Part shown: piece by piece, positions 47,468-59,024 of the stretch
How positions within the stretch are numbered: the stretch's first letter is position 1
Layout of the letters: each line of letters starts with the position of its first letter
NCBI GenBank assembly: GCA_002269645.1
Contig: NIVC01000957.1
Coordinates: 248,001-312,000 of the forward strand
Source: Macrostomum lignano
Taxonomy: Eukaryota
DNA: 64,000 nt
Direction of reading: 5' to 3'
Program-made: the position numbers and the translations under genes
Notes under the pieces: model-generated
What the model was told of the DNA's origin: nothing
What the model saw: only the letters and a program-made list of their open reading frames with translations
The model's database searches: none

Positions 47468-50400
47468 TTGCTGGCTTCGAAAATTCACGCCTGTCTGGCT
47501 GCAGTGATCGCAATTGCATTGCTTGGATTTCAAGTTGAAGCTGCAGAGAAAGACACCAGCAAGACTGTCGATGCCAACGCCCTGGAGCAGTACGGTCCGG
47601 CTGTAGACGCGATTGCAAACGCAATCAGCAACTCAGACAAGAAGACCAAGGACTTGCTGGATGATCTCACGCAATCAACTGACGGTCAAGACACCCCACT
47701 CATCACCAAGGAAATTCTAAAGAACATGCTGAAAGAGCGCTCGGCAAAGACGCAGAAAGCAGGCACGAGATCCATCAGTCTGCAGGCCGAGCAGGGCTTC
47801 AACGGATTCTCCAACTATCAGCCTTCGGGTTGGGTGATGACGGAGACCGTGGGTGAGCCTGACAAAAAGAAGGAAGAGGCAAAAGACAAGATGCCCGTCT
47901 ATGTCTATCCAATGGGAGTTGGTCCGGTGTTGATGAATGGGTGCACAGGTGCATCATATCCCAAGACTAGCAAATGCTACTCCAGCAAGGTGCCTGGCAA
48001 GGGCAATACAATCTGCATGAACCTCCTGGACGCTGTCGCGTACATCGGCGTCGGCTTCGACGGACGAGGATTCTACAAGATCGAGAGCCGCAAAGCCAGT
48101 CTGGTGCAGCGCTACTGCTCCAGCATGGCCACCTTCCTGGACAAGGACGTGCCCGACACGATGAACGTGTTTGGCATCTTCGAGACCACAGCTGAGACCA
48201 AGTCGTTCCGGTCTGCGGACGAGTACATGAGCTACATCAGGGACAAAGCCGGTCTATCAGAGCAGCGAAATTTGTTCTTGAGCGAGGCTCGCCAGCACAG
48301 CACTTCTGAGGCGTCTGGGTTCAATCTCGGTGCGATAGGTGGAATCGTCGTTGGTGCTATTGGAGCCATAGCGGGTGGGCCTGCGGGAGCGGCCTTGGGA
48401 GCAACGCTCGGTGGCGCGGTGGGTGGCTCGCTTTCATCTGGGTCAGGAGAAAGCTCTGGCAGCTCGTCATCAACCACTAGCAGTCAATCAGCCTCAAAAA
48501 ATTCACAGTATTCCCAGGCTGCAAGAAAACAAGGTTCTACTGACGATTTCTTTGCCATCATGTATGTGAGTGTAATCATGTACAAAATTTCACTGGATGA
48601 TGTAAAGCCCAATGACATCAACTTTGCTGCGCTCAGAGACTACATGAGTCTTCCAGAGTCCTACTCTTCAGTGGGCGCTGCCAGCAAATTTCAAGACTTT
48701 CTGCTACGCTGGGGCACGCATTTTATCCGGTCTGGAAAGTTCGGCGGTCAGCTAAAAATCACAATGAGAGCAAAGACAAACAAGTTTGCGTCGTCGGAAG
48801 AGTTTGCCAGTCTGGCTGAGACCGAGTTCCAGTCAATGTTTTCATCGCTGCAGTCAAAATATTCTCAGGAAACCACTCGGACGGGCTTTTTGGGTCTTGG
48901 ACCCAAGAAAACGACTACAACAAAATCGAGCAGTGAAAGGTCGGAGAGCCAGTACAGGAGCACAAGAAATGAACGTAATCAAGAGTCCCACAGTTCTAGC
49001 GGGCCCGAGTTCACCCAGACCACCGTCGAGGCTCAGGGAGGAACTCCGGAGATCGCAGAAGCCCTCGTTGACTTTTACACTCCGGCATTCAAGGAGCTGT
49101 ACCACAGGTGGATCGCCTCCATCAATGACTATGTGAAGCCGTTCGAGTTCAAGCTGAAGCCCATCGATCAGCTGTTCGACATGAACATGGACGACCTGTT
49201 TCCGGCTGGAAACCGCGACTTTGGCTGTATTGGAAGTGCGGGGAGCAAAGTGAATATTTTGACGGAGCCCAAAACTCGTCGTCGCTACTACCTCGATGAG
49301 GAGACTTACTTTGCTAACAATACGACTAAAACTAAATTGGTTAAAATTTACTGCAAATACAAGAACCAACAAGACTTTAAGAACGCTCTAAAGAGACGAA
49401 GACTCTCACTGGAGAAGGCCGTAGCTGCGTACATGACGGAAGGTCCTTTCCCAACCTCCTCGCACGAGTTGAAAGCAGGGCAACCCGGTTGTGAGAGCTC
49501 TACACTGGCCAAGATCGACGTGTTTAACTCAAATAACAACACACTGACGTTTCTGCAGCTCAAGAAGTCCCCGTTTTTAATCTCTTTTGATCTGCCCCAG
49601 GATATTCCGAACTTGTTGAAATCGCAAGCCAAGTATGTGATGACGTATCTAAAAGACAGGTGGTTTGCGACCGAGCCAGGGCACCATCATGCACACCTGT
49701 ACGAAGGCTGTCAGCTGGAAGGCTTCAAGCCAGCTGAGACTAAAATCTGTATCTATGAGGAGGAGACAGGCTTCTTCCATATCGATCCGCTGGACTTTAT
49801 TGCATCAAAGCGCCGCAACCCAAACCTTCCAGACTGGATAGAGGGTACCACGGTTGCTAGGGCTTCTCGGATAGAAGGGCAGAAAGGCACAGACTCGACT
49901 GATGCGGCGTCAATTCCGTGCAACGTTCGGTGGTTGAACTCTCACAGACTGGACCCTGATAGGGAAGAAAACTGCCTTTACTTTACGGCTGCGACTGCTG
50001 GAGACATCTTTGTTATATTCGCGTCCATACCAAGAGACCACACAACATGGTACTACCTGCAGATCAATATGGATGGAGTGACATTCTACAAAGCAATGAA
50101 ACCGCAGAAGAGAGACTATCAGAAGGGAATGGGGACACTTGGAGACAAGAACCTGTACCAGTCCTACTTCTTGTGTGTGAATCAGGCCAATGGATCAGTT
50201 CTGATGCAGTTCGGTAAGGCGGGCTCGAACAGCGAGATCGGCACTGTCTACTCTGGGTACAAGTTCCGACCGGACAGCCAGTACAGCCGCCTGTCTTTCT
50301 ACACGTTCGGAGCGGGCTCGAAGTCTGTGTCGCTGATGGATATTCACCTCACCAAGGACATGCCGCAGGTGGAGTGTTTGAACAATAACTACAAGCTGGT

Positions 50401-51508
50401 TGATGGTCACTGCATCCTGGATTGTCACAAAGAGTGCATCGACTGCAATCTAGCAAAAGATGACACGAGCTGCTTCCAGTGTCGCAATGTGCGCGTTGAA
50501 TTGTGGAATTCTATTGGGGGCAGGAGATTCAGGACAGTGCGGTGCTTGTCAGAGTGTCCAGTTGGCTACCAACTGAGTGACAGCAAGGAAAATCTGTGCG
50601 TGCCCTGCCAACCAGGTACTTTCAAGAACACAACGGGAAATCATAACTGCTTGCCATGCGCTCCTGGAAGTATTTCTGCATCAAAAGCGACTGTGAATTG
50701 CATGCTCTGCAGTCCAGGAAATTTCGCTTCCAAGCCAGGATCGGTACAGTGCCAGCAGTGCCATGTTGGAACAGCGAGCAGGTTTTATGGATCTGCTTCG
50801 TGCGGGGCCTGCAGTGCCGGCTTGTTCGCAGCTCAGCGAGGTCAAACGGAGTGCACTCCCTGTCCAGTGGGACAGTTCAATAAAGCAGAGAGACAGACGC
50901 AGTGCCAGTTGTGCTCTGCGGGGTTCTTCGCCGACAAGCCAGGTCAGAAATCCTGCACTGCTTGCCCTGCTGGAACGTCGAGTGCTGAGGTCTCAGTGAG
51001 CTGCGCCAACAACTGCAAGAGGGGCGAGTTCAGTCCAGCCGAGGGCATCCCTTGCGCCAAGTGCCCTGCAGGCTCGTTCAGTCCCAGCGCGGGATCGGTA
51101 AATTGCACTTCGTGTGCAGAAGGCAGCTATTCCAGTCGCGCTGGGTCAGCTTCTTGCACTACGTGCCCTGCTGGGAGCTTTGCCGACCAAATGCACTCAA
51201 AAAACTGCAGCCAGTGCCTTGCAGGAAGCTGGAGTAACGCAGGCTCCACAGCATGTGAGCTGTGCAAAGGAGGCTCATTCTCACTTGGAAACGCTGCCAA
51301 CTGCACTTTGTGCCCAGCAGGCACTTTCTCTTTTAACCCAGGCAGCAGCGAGTGCTCAAAATGTCCCGCTGGCAACTACGCTAGCAAATCCGGTTCCCAA
51401 AAATGCCACGATTGCGATTTGAACTTTGCCCATAAACACCGCATTGGAAGGCACATTGTGACCTATGCCCCGACTCTGGCACTACCTTTGGCACGGGGAA
51501 ATGTCACC
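47468..51508 (+). CDS. Right paralog (copy B): MACPF pore-forming-toxin-like protein with signal peptide, MACPF, beta domain and Cys-rich repeat stalk; lacks the ATG and is frameshifted near 51445
   Basis: MACPF signature WGTHFIRSGKFGG (W-G-T-H-F-x6-GG) at 48710-48748, plus IGVGFDGRG and AQGG; signal HACLAAVIAIALLGFQVEAA; many CxxCxxGxF/Y repeats. ATT at 47483 where copy A has ATG, in-frame TGA upstream at 47459, donor GTAAGT at 51509. Confidence 0.88.
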
Positions 51509-51580
51509 GTAAGTAATTGCGCTTTCCAGAGTTTGTTTATTACTTTTGTTTGGCTTTTTGCTTATCCTAAATTTTTTCAG

Positions 51581-51996
51581 CCAAGTTGCCCATGAAGTGC
51601 GATGCGAGCTTTGACAAATGTGAAAGAACTGTTGATAACGATGTGAGCACATACGGAGTAATCAATTTTGGAAACCGGTATGGAGCTGGAGGACCTGATG
51701 AATTATCCTATTTGCAGTACAGACTGGACAAAGCGGCAACTGTGAGAGGATTTATCATCTGGCGCAAAAGAAATACCTCCGGCTCTTCTGCTGTCCCTTT
51801 GCTGGAATTCACACTATTAAATTCTGAAAAAAACTTTATTAATAGTTGTAAAACCAGCGCTGATATTCTTCGTCAGTACTCAATGTACGATTGCTTTGGT
51901 GCGGATATAAAATATTTGTTGATTGCTAAAACTGAATCCAGTAATTACGTGCACAATATCGCCGAAGTTGGTGTGTACGCCTACCTTGCCGAGTAA
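51581..51996 (+). CDS. Copy B last exon: C-terminal tip domain, out of frame with the main ORF as assembled
   Basis: ttttcag acceptor at 51580; open 136-aa frame homologous to 31078-31487; the ancestral frame HCDLCPDSGTTFGTGKCH|PKLPMKC is visible one frame off at 51459-51508. Confidence 0.8.
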
Positions 51997-54354
51997 TTCA
52001 GCATGCTCAGCATCACAGGAAATTATCCTACTCGCTCGTATTGATGAACATTTTGCCGTGAAAGCAGATTTTATTCTACAAATATAACAAACACATGGCT
52101 ACTGAAAAACATTCGGAAGGCATAAGTTCACTTCTTTGTTATATATTTATTAACGATACAGTTTTTTACAATGGAGTAGTTGGTACGAGTACTGTGATAT
52201 AATGGCCCAACAGTGAAGGACTTTCACTATCATGCACGCATGTACTCGTACAATCACGTGTGAATTTATAAAAGAGTCATTGATAGATAACAAAGTCGAT
52301 AAGAATAATACGTAACGATCTTAATTACCCCATTGAGAGCGTCATGAATAGTATTGACAACTGCATGTACAAAAGAGCGCGCGACTATTGCATATGCAGT
52401 ACGTGTGCTTGTGTTATATTAATACTTGCGAATAACAGGGTAAGTTCTTGATGGCTTTTTTCTACTATACGAGCGTACGAGCGGACCGCACTGAATTGGC
52501 GGTGGCTAAAGAGAGCTGTGGCATGAAGGGACAAATAATTAAAGCAGACCGAGAGATCGGCTGGAAAGAGAGCCAACAACTCGTCGCGTCGATTTACTCA
52601 AGAGCAGGCCGAGCCTTTAAGTTCTTCATTAGACCTAACAGAGGTCTAAAAGTAACCAGATTAAAAGCAACAACAGAACAAAAGACGCAACCCACCAATA
52701 GGGTCAAGCGGTTAGGATGCGTCAGATAGCGCGGCGCTGGGCTGGTGCAGAAGTCCTCCTCAGCTGGAAGCGGTGTGTCTGGCGGGAGCGAGAAGTTGGT
52801 GGGCAGCCATCGGTCACGGGGCTTGTTGCCGCTCATCCAGTGGGCAAACGTAAGGTTCTTGATAACCCAGCTTTCTTTGAGGCTCTCTTTATTGTGCCCA
52901 GTTTCACCTATCTCTGCAAATTGAATTTTAGGCACTTTGGGGCTGAAGTATTCCTTAAATACTACTTTATCAGGTACGAGCAGGTATTTTTTGTGTTGTA
53001 ATCTTGAACGCTATATGCGATGAAAGCTTCTACATGTATATGAATCAGTTCAACACTTTGGGCCCGTTCTATAAAGCCATCGTAAGATAAGATCGTTCTT
53101 AGCTCCTCTCTCCGCAGTGTAAAAGTTCCGACGTACGATCGAACTTACGCTACGACAGCTTTATTGTACGACCCCTTAATGACTAAAAAGTTATTTATTG
53201 AATCAAATATTGAAACCGTTAAATTTTGAGATGTTGACAGCGTCATGTATTTATACGAGTATTAAAAAAAACTGTAATTTCCTAGTTTTGCATCATATCT
53301 CGTAGTCAAGTCGGTTGCCGAATGCTTTGCAGTCCAACTCGATGCCAGCACTGCTTGATCATACAGACGGTCACATTTTTGTTGGCTATCATAACCCTGC
53401 AACCCTGCAACCCTGCAACACCCAGCAACAACGGTGTCGGAATTGCTTTTGATCTAGAAATAAGAAATAATGCAATGCAATCTCCCCTGGCACGAGCATG
53501 TATTTCCAGACACCCCAAAGAGCGAAGTCGGGATGGAACGTCTCGTTTTTAGTTGCGTCGAGCGAAGCTGCAAGTTTGAGATTGGCCTTTATTCTCCCTC
53601 CTTAACTTTTGTGATGAGCTGCAGGTTTGCTGCAGGCCAACTAGATGTTTAAATCGAGTCCCTCTTTGAATGACATAAGTTCACCATAGCTGCAATTGTC
53701 TGCGGTGCACTGACTACTTTGCATCAAATCAGGTTGAAAACAGTAAGGAAGCAAAGCATGCACAAGACTTGATCGAGATTTCGTAACCAATTGTTAACTT
53801 TAATAGATTGATTTTGACAGACAGAGAAATATACTGCTTTCTGTGACTTTTACTCTAACCAAATTGATGTGCATGTTGAATTTTTCACATATATACTCAG
53901 CAACAGTCAAAAGTTCCACCCTCCAAATTGCGACAACTTCACACTCACAATTCAACCCTCAAGTTACGCAACTAAGCCGCCGCGAGGAAGGGAAAGTTGA
54001 TTGACTATCAATACTCGTAGTAAAATCATAAATTTTTTATGCAATATTCAGTTAGAATCGCGATGCGTGTGGGATCCCCTCGCACGCAGAAGTGCGACGA
54101 CTCTGCGGGGCATCCCAATGATGAGGCGGCGCAGAAAGTCGGAAGCGCTCCGAAGCGTTTTCAATGGCATGACGCAGAGCTCTCCGCAACATTCTATGGA
54201 GAGCTCTTTTCGAATGCTACGTTTTAGGAAGTCCCAGACATGCTCGATGGGATTCATGTCTGGGGACCGGGAAGGCCAGCGCAGAGTGCGCAGCTGTAGC
54301 TGTTCCTTCAGTTGACTAACAGCATCGGCTTGGTGTGGCGGGGCGTTGTTCCTG

Positions 54355-55598
54355 GGCTTGGGTCTGCTTAATGGTATATTCTTCTGCAGTCGGGATGCAT
54401 GATATCGGTATAACACGCGAGCGCCGGTAGGCGCGAGTCGTGTTATTCCAATATCATGCATCCCGACTGCAGAAAAGTGCATTGACTAGTGTTTCCAAAT
54501 AGGCTAGTTGTTTATGATCGAGAAAGACAATAACACGCAGTCTCAGTAGAATCTGTCTAGTTCAATTTTGTTATGTCATTTATCTCTCCCTCGCTGCCTT
54601 CTGATTGGCTCTCAGTTCTCACCTCTTTCCTCAGTTGCGGAAACCACCCCACCCCTGTCTTATCTTGCACCCCCCTCCAGTATATTTGAATAAATATACC
54701 CGTTTAGGCCCTGCGCTTCGCTATCGTTTTTTCCGAAGCCTCTTCAAGGACAACCTGAAAACCGTACCGTTTCTCCGAGAAGACCGCTCGAGGATATCGA
54801 TTCCTTCAAGAATTTATGAAGAATCTGAGTGCGAAGGCCGGTCTAAGCAAGGTCTACACTAATCACTGTATTAGGTAAGTCAATTTCGTTTTCCGATATG
54901 GTATATAAATACGAGCTAGTTTTAAATAGTTCATATAAAATTACTTTCCTTTGATTCTCCCACAGAGTCACTTGAGTGTGCGATCTAGTCGCCGCTGGCC
55001 ATTCGCTGCAAGACATAATGCTTATTACCGGCCAGAAATGTGAAAAGACGGTCAAAAGGTATTTAACCAGGCGCCAGGACCGCAGTCCGTTCAGGAGTTC
55101 CAAGGCAGTGAACTGTGCACTAAGCCGGCATATTCCAAGCACAAGCACAATGCCGTCCAATGAGGCGTCTTTCTCTGCTAATGCGAGCGGCTCTATCAGT
55201 TCTACTGTCTGCGCGCAAGTGATGACGAACCGGTTCCTCGGCCAGTTCATATCGAGGCCTGTCCGACCAAGAATATTCGTGTTAGCATTGACGGCAACAA
55301 CAATTTGTTTAACATTGTGTTTGAGTAAGGCGTATCTATCAAAAAGACTAATTCTTCGAGAGAAACTATGGCTTTAGACATTTCCCCCTCATGTTCATGC
55401 TATAAGTAGTTGTTGTTTATAACTCATAATAATAAATTTAAAAATATTCATTTAGTGATTAATATTTGGGTCATCTAATAAACTCGTTAAACTAATGTTT
55501 TTGTCTATATGGACAATAGCACGCATCCCGCGTGCGTGTTATTGGGTAGTGAAATGCTTGTCAATGTCCAGGCCTGGACCATTAAGCAGACCCAAGCC
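54355..55598 (+). mobile_element. Nested element with 20-bp inverted ends carrying a Crypton-like tyrosine recombinase relic
   Basis: GGCTTGGGTCTGCTTAATGG (54355-54374) and its perfect reverse complement (55579-55598); internal hairpin at 54382-54474; spliced frame FMKNLSAKAGLSKVYTNHCIR|VT*VCDLVAAGHSLQDIMLITGQKCEKTVKRY. Confidence 0.72.
54760..55100 (+). pseudogene. Tyrosine recombinase C-terminal catalytic region with a GT-AG intron (54875-54965) and an in-frame TGA (54973)
   Basis: HxxR (HCIR), TGQK at the position of the usual TGH, and a candidate catalytic Tyr at 55060; the YTNHxxR..T...L..AG...IM..TG.K pattern is that of Crypton/DUF3504-type recombinases. Confidence 0.72.
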
Positions 55599-56254
55599 AC
55601 CCCCAAGCGGCAATAAGCTTTGCGCGTGCCGTAGGTTGCGTCACTCGCAATAAGTGAAAAAATCATCTCGCTTAGTGGGGTGGAACTTTTAATTGTTGCT
55701 GAGATACCAGGAAAAAGGACGATCGGAAAAGTTTAGGTGCTAGGTTTTTCGTTATCTCACGCCAGTTATATCAATAAGAGCACTGGCCTTTGTACACTGA
55801 TACAGACTGTACACTGGTATTGAATTCAAAGCACAAAATAGTTTTCTCAAACGTGCTGAAAATATGTACGATTTTGAGCTCAGCTGGAGATATGTGCGCA
55901 CAGTATTGCTCACGCAACAAATTGAAAAACTTGCGTCACCCTCCTCTAAACCCCAGCCCAGTCATTCTTCTCAGTATATATCAGTTGATTGCAGTGTGAA
56001 CGCTTGCGATCACTCGTAAAAGTCAGTTGATGGCGTAAAAACTGAGGTGATTGTCAAAGATTCGTTAATCATTAACTGAAATTTTGTGTGATCACTCGAA
56101 AACTGGCCTCATTTGATGGCGGTGTGAATGGGCCTTAAGACGTGAACAGACTGAACTGCTAATGCAGCGACCCGGGTTCAAATTTAAGTGTCAACTTTTT
56201 ATATTAAATGCTTTTTTCATTTTGAAGAAAACTCAAGGAAAAGAAAAAACATAA

Positions 56255-56460
56255 AAGAAGCGTCATGCCGAACATTAAAGATTCTTTGGGGAATCGCTGA
56301 GATGTCGAGGCTTACGGGGGTATTTCTTCGGTGTCAAGGTTTACGGAAGAAATTTCTGAAATGTACGAGTAAAAGCTGAGAGACCAGAAGATACATGTAC
56401 TTTATTTAGAAAAAATTATTGAATTCTTTGTTCACTCCTCAGTGGCGGCGCTGATTGTTA
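56255..56460. repeat. Dispersed monomeric copy of the composite unit flanking the 22-bp satellite
   Basis: AAAGAAGCGTCATG..GAA..TTAAAGATTC..TTGGGGAATCGCTGAGATGTCGAGGCTTACGGGGG...CAGAAGATACATGTACTTTATT matches 25700-26130. Confidence 0.75.
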
Positions 56461-57461
56461 GTTGTTTCTAAGGCACATGTTAGCTGAGTTAAAATAGTGG
56501 CTGAAATACATACATGTAACAGGTGCAAGTAGCATTGTTCTACCATTTCTGTGACCATTAGCTAATTGTTGGACACTTTCGTTGGCAATTGTTATTTCAA
56601 TATTTCCACGCATTTCATTAGATACGCAGAGTTAGATAGATAAAATACATTGGATAGAAATTCTGTGGAATATTAAGGCCAAAAGTACATGCAATTGCTG
56701 TTGTGCCTGCATGGGTGAAACTTGAAAGTATATGTGAAAGATCTCCTTATATCCGTGACATGTGTGACATTGTACGAGCTAGCCAATGTATTTGTTATGT
56801 CTTCTTCTTTAGCGGAAGACAGTGAGCAAAGACCTCTTAATAATTGCTCTCTTTAAAGTAAACCGGTGAGCTAGGCGTCGAATCTCGATAAAATTAATAG
56901 CTAATTAGCTATTTAGCAGGTGCGCTAATGAAGTACATAAATAAAAGCATTCATGCGCAAACACCTTTTTTACAACAAGTTTAACATAGCTGCTCTCTGA
57001 ACAAAATAAGGGAAAACGAATTCTTCATTATATTTTTTTGTCTGGCAAGGCAATTTTGATTAATAAACAGACACCTAAGTAAAATACCACTACAGTTATA
57101 GTCGGGTAAAATTTACATGTACATGGTGCTATTGTTACATTACAGTAAGTATCTAAAACTCCATGTAAAGTTTAACCCTACATGCCTGCATACAATTAAG
57201 GAATAATGAGTTAAATTAGACAGTATGCTATGGAATTTATAAAAACATCAGCACCGAGTCTGACTAGCCACGGAAAGTCCCTATGCCTTTCTTTTATGGT
57301 TAGCCTCCCTATAGTGTTGCAGTTTGATCGACGTTGATGGATAGCCGACCAAAGACGTCTGCAGAAACCACAGGACTGATTCTGTCCAGGTGTCGCCTAC
57401 TTTTCTGCAAAATTAGAAAAAAAACAAAAGAACTGATTTAAAGACTAACTGTAAACTAGGA

Positions 57462-57950
57462 TCTTGGAAATAGCAACAGGTGACCTAACTTGTGGATCTT
57501 GGAAATGGCTATAGGTGACCTAACTTGTGGATCTTGGAAATATCTACAGGTAACCTAACTTGTGGATCTTGGAAATGGCTATAGGTGACCTAACTTGTGG
57601 ATCTTGGAAATATCTACAGGTGACCTAACTTGTGGATCTTGGAAATGGCTATAGGTGACCTAACTTGTGGATCTTGGAAATATCTACAGGTGACCTAACT
57701 TGTGGATCTTGGAAATGACTATAGGTGACCTAACTTGTGGATCTTGGAAATATCTACAGGTGACCTAACTTGTGGATCTTGGAAATGGCTACAGGTGACC
57801 TAACTTGTGGATCTTGGAAATGGCTATAGGTGACCTAACTTGTGGATCTTGGAAATATCTACAGGTGACCTAACTTGTGGATCTTGGAAATGGCTATAGG
57901 TGATCTAACTTGAGGATCTTGGAAATGGCTCTCTAACCTGTGGATCTTGA
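57462..57950. repeat. 35-bp minisatellite TGACCTAACTTGTGGATCTTGGAAAT(GGCTAT/ATCTAC)AGG, about 14 copies, with two alternating variants
   Basis: Period 35 (57481, 57516 and onward); the variants alternate, giving a 70-bp dimer in the first half. Confidence 0.95.
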
Positions 57951-59024
57951 ATATGAAACTACAGATATAGTTATAGAATAAATAAGTATTGAGGTTTTAT
58001 CTAAGAAATTTTGCAGGTTGTTATGTTAAACTAGATAATACAATATAGAATCAGAACTAGTCGTGTATGATGGATAAGAAGAGTTTTTAGTGGTCTAATA
58101 TAAAAATAGTATGTTTCACTATACAAAACATTATTTTCTATACCTGGACCAGTAGAAGACTAGGACTCCCTCTAGAACATGTGCAAGCCAAGCAAGAATG
58201 CAGCTAAAAGTATTATAGGTTAATTAAAATGAAGTTAAAATGTTAAATATAATATATAATAATTTCATTATCAAAAAGGTTCTTACATGATACATCGAGT
58301 TTGATAAGTCAAACCATTGACTATGGGCTTCAACTGAGGAGGAAATATATTTTGTGGGGCAAAAACAGCCATCTAAAAGCACAAAATGAGATTAGAAAAA
58401 TTTAAAAGTCAGGCAAATTGATTCAATTAAAAGTTGCAATCTAAACAAAATGCAATTAACACTTACTGTTGTAATGTACATTCCATACAGAATAAGCAAA
58501 ACAATTCCTATGTTTGGAAGTCTGAACATTTTTTTCTCAAACAAATTATTTTGGCAAGAGCTGAAATTGATTGCTTGATTGATTTAATTATAAAATACAT
58601 AGATGTTACAAATTATTTTCATCCATTATCCTTTAGCAAAGGATGTTAGCAAAATATAATAATAATATAGCTTACATAGGATAGTGCAGATATAAATTGT
58701 CACCTGTATTCAATTTGCAATAAGATAGAAAACAATATTATATTGACATAGGCCTAAGTCAAAAAAGTAATTCAACTTAAAAATTAAAAACCTTTTGGGC
58801 CTATGTGGCTAACATGCTATAAGAATACTAGCTCTACTACTATACTATTTAGATTATTATACTCATATTGCATAAATTGCATAAAAAGTAAAAAATAACA
58901 CTATATTAGGAATTAGCCTTTGGCTTTACAAAGCATGTAATAATATATTGTATATATTCGTGTACTATAGGCTACTAGCTAGCTTTTGAAGTTTTGTACT
59001 ATAATATATAAAATAAAGTAAGGT

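Larger units (their letters stand above)
44420..51996 (+). repeat. Right arm of the inverted segmental duplication
   Basis: See the left arm; this arm has extra sequence (45800-46200, a longer GA tract and the MACPF region). Confidence 0.92.
53896..55703 (-). mobile_element. Tc1/mariner DNA transposon, internally deleted and interrupted
   Basis: 26-bp TIRs at 53896-53921 and 55678-55703 (2 mismatches), TA-flanked on the left; transposase C-terminus NNAPPH...WPSRSPDMNPIEHVWDFLKR...MPRRVVALLRARG at 54050-54350. Confidence 0.88.

Noticed and set aside
53306-53518. Possible pogo/Tigger transposase tail (KNVTVCMIKQCWHRVG)
   Set aside because: It is a single short motif resemblance with no DDE core or TIRs.
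56117-56186. tRNA-like A/B boxes (GGCGGTGTGAATGG...GGGTTCAAATT); also GAGTTCGAATCC at about 3084
   Set aside because: No complete cloverleaf can be folded; at most these are degraded SINE heads.
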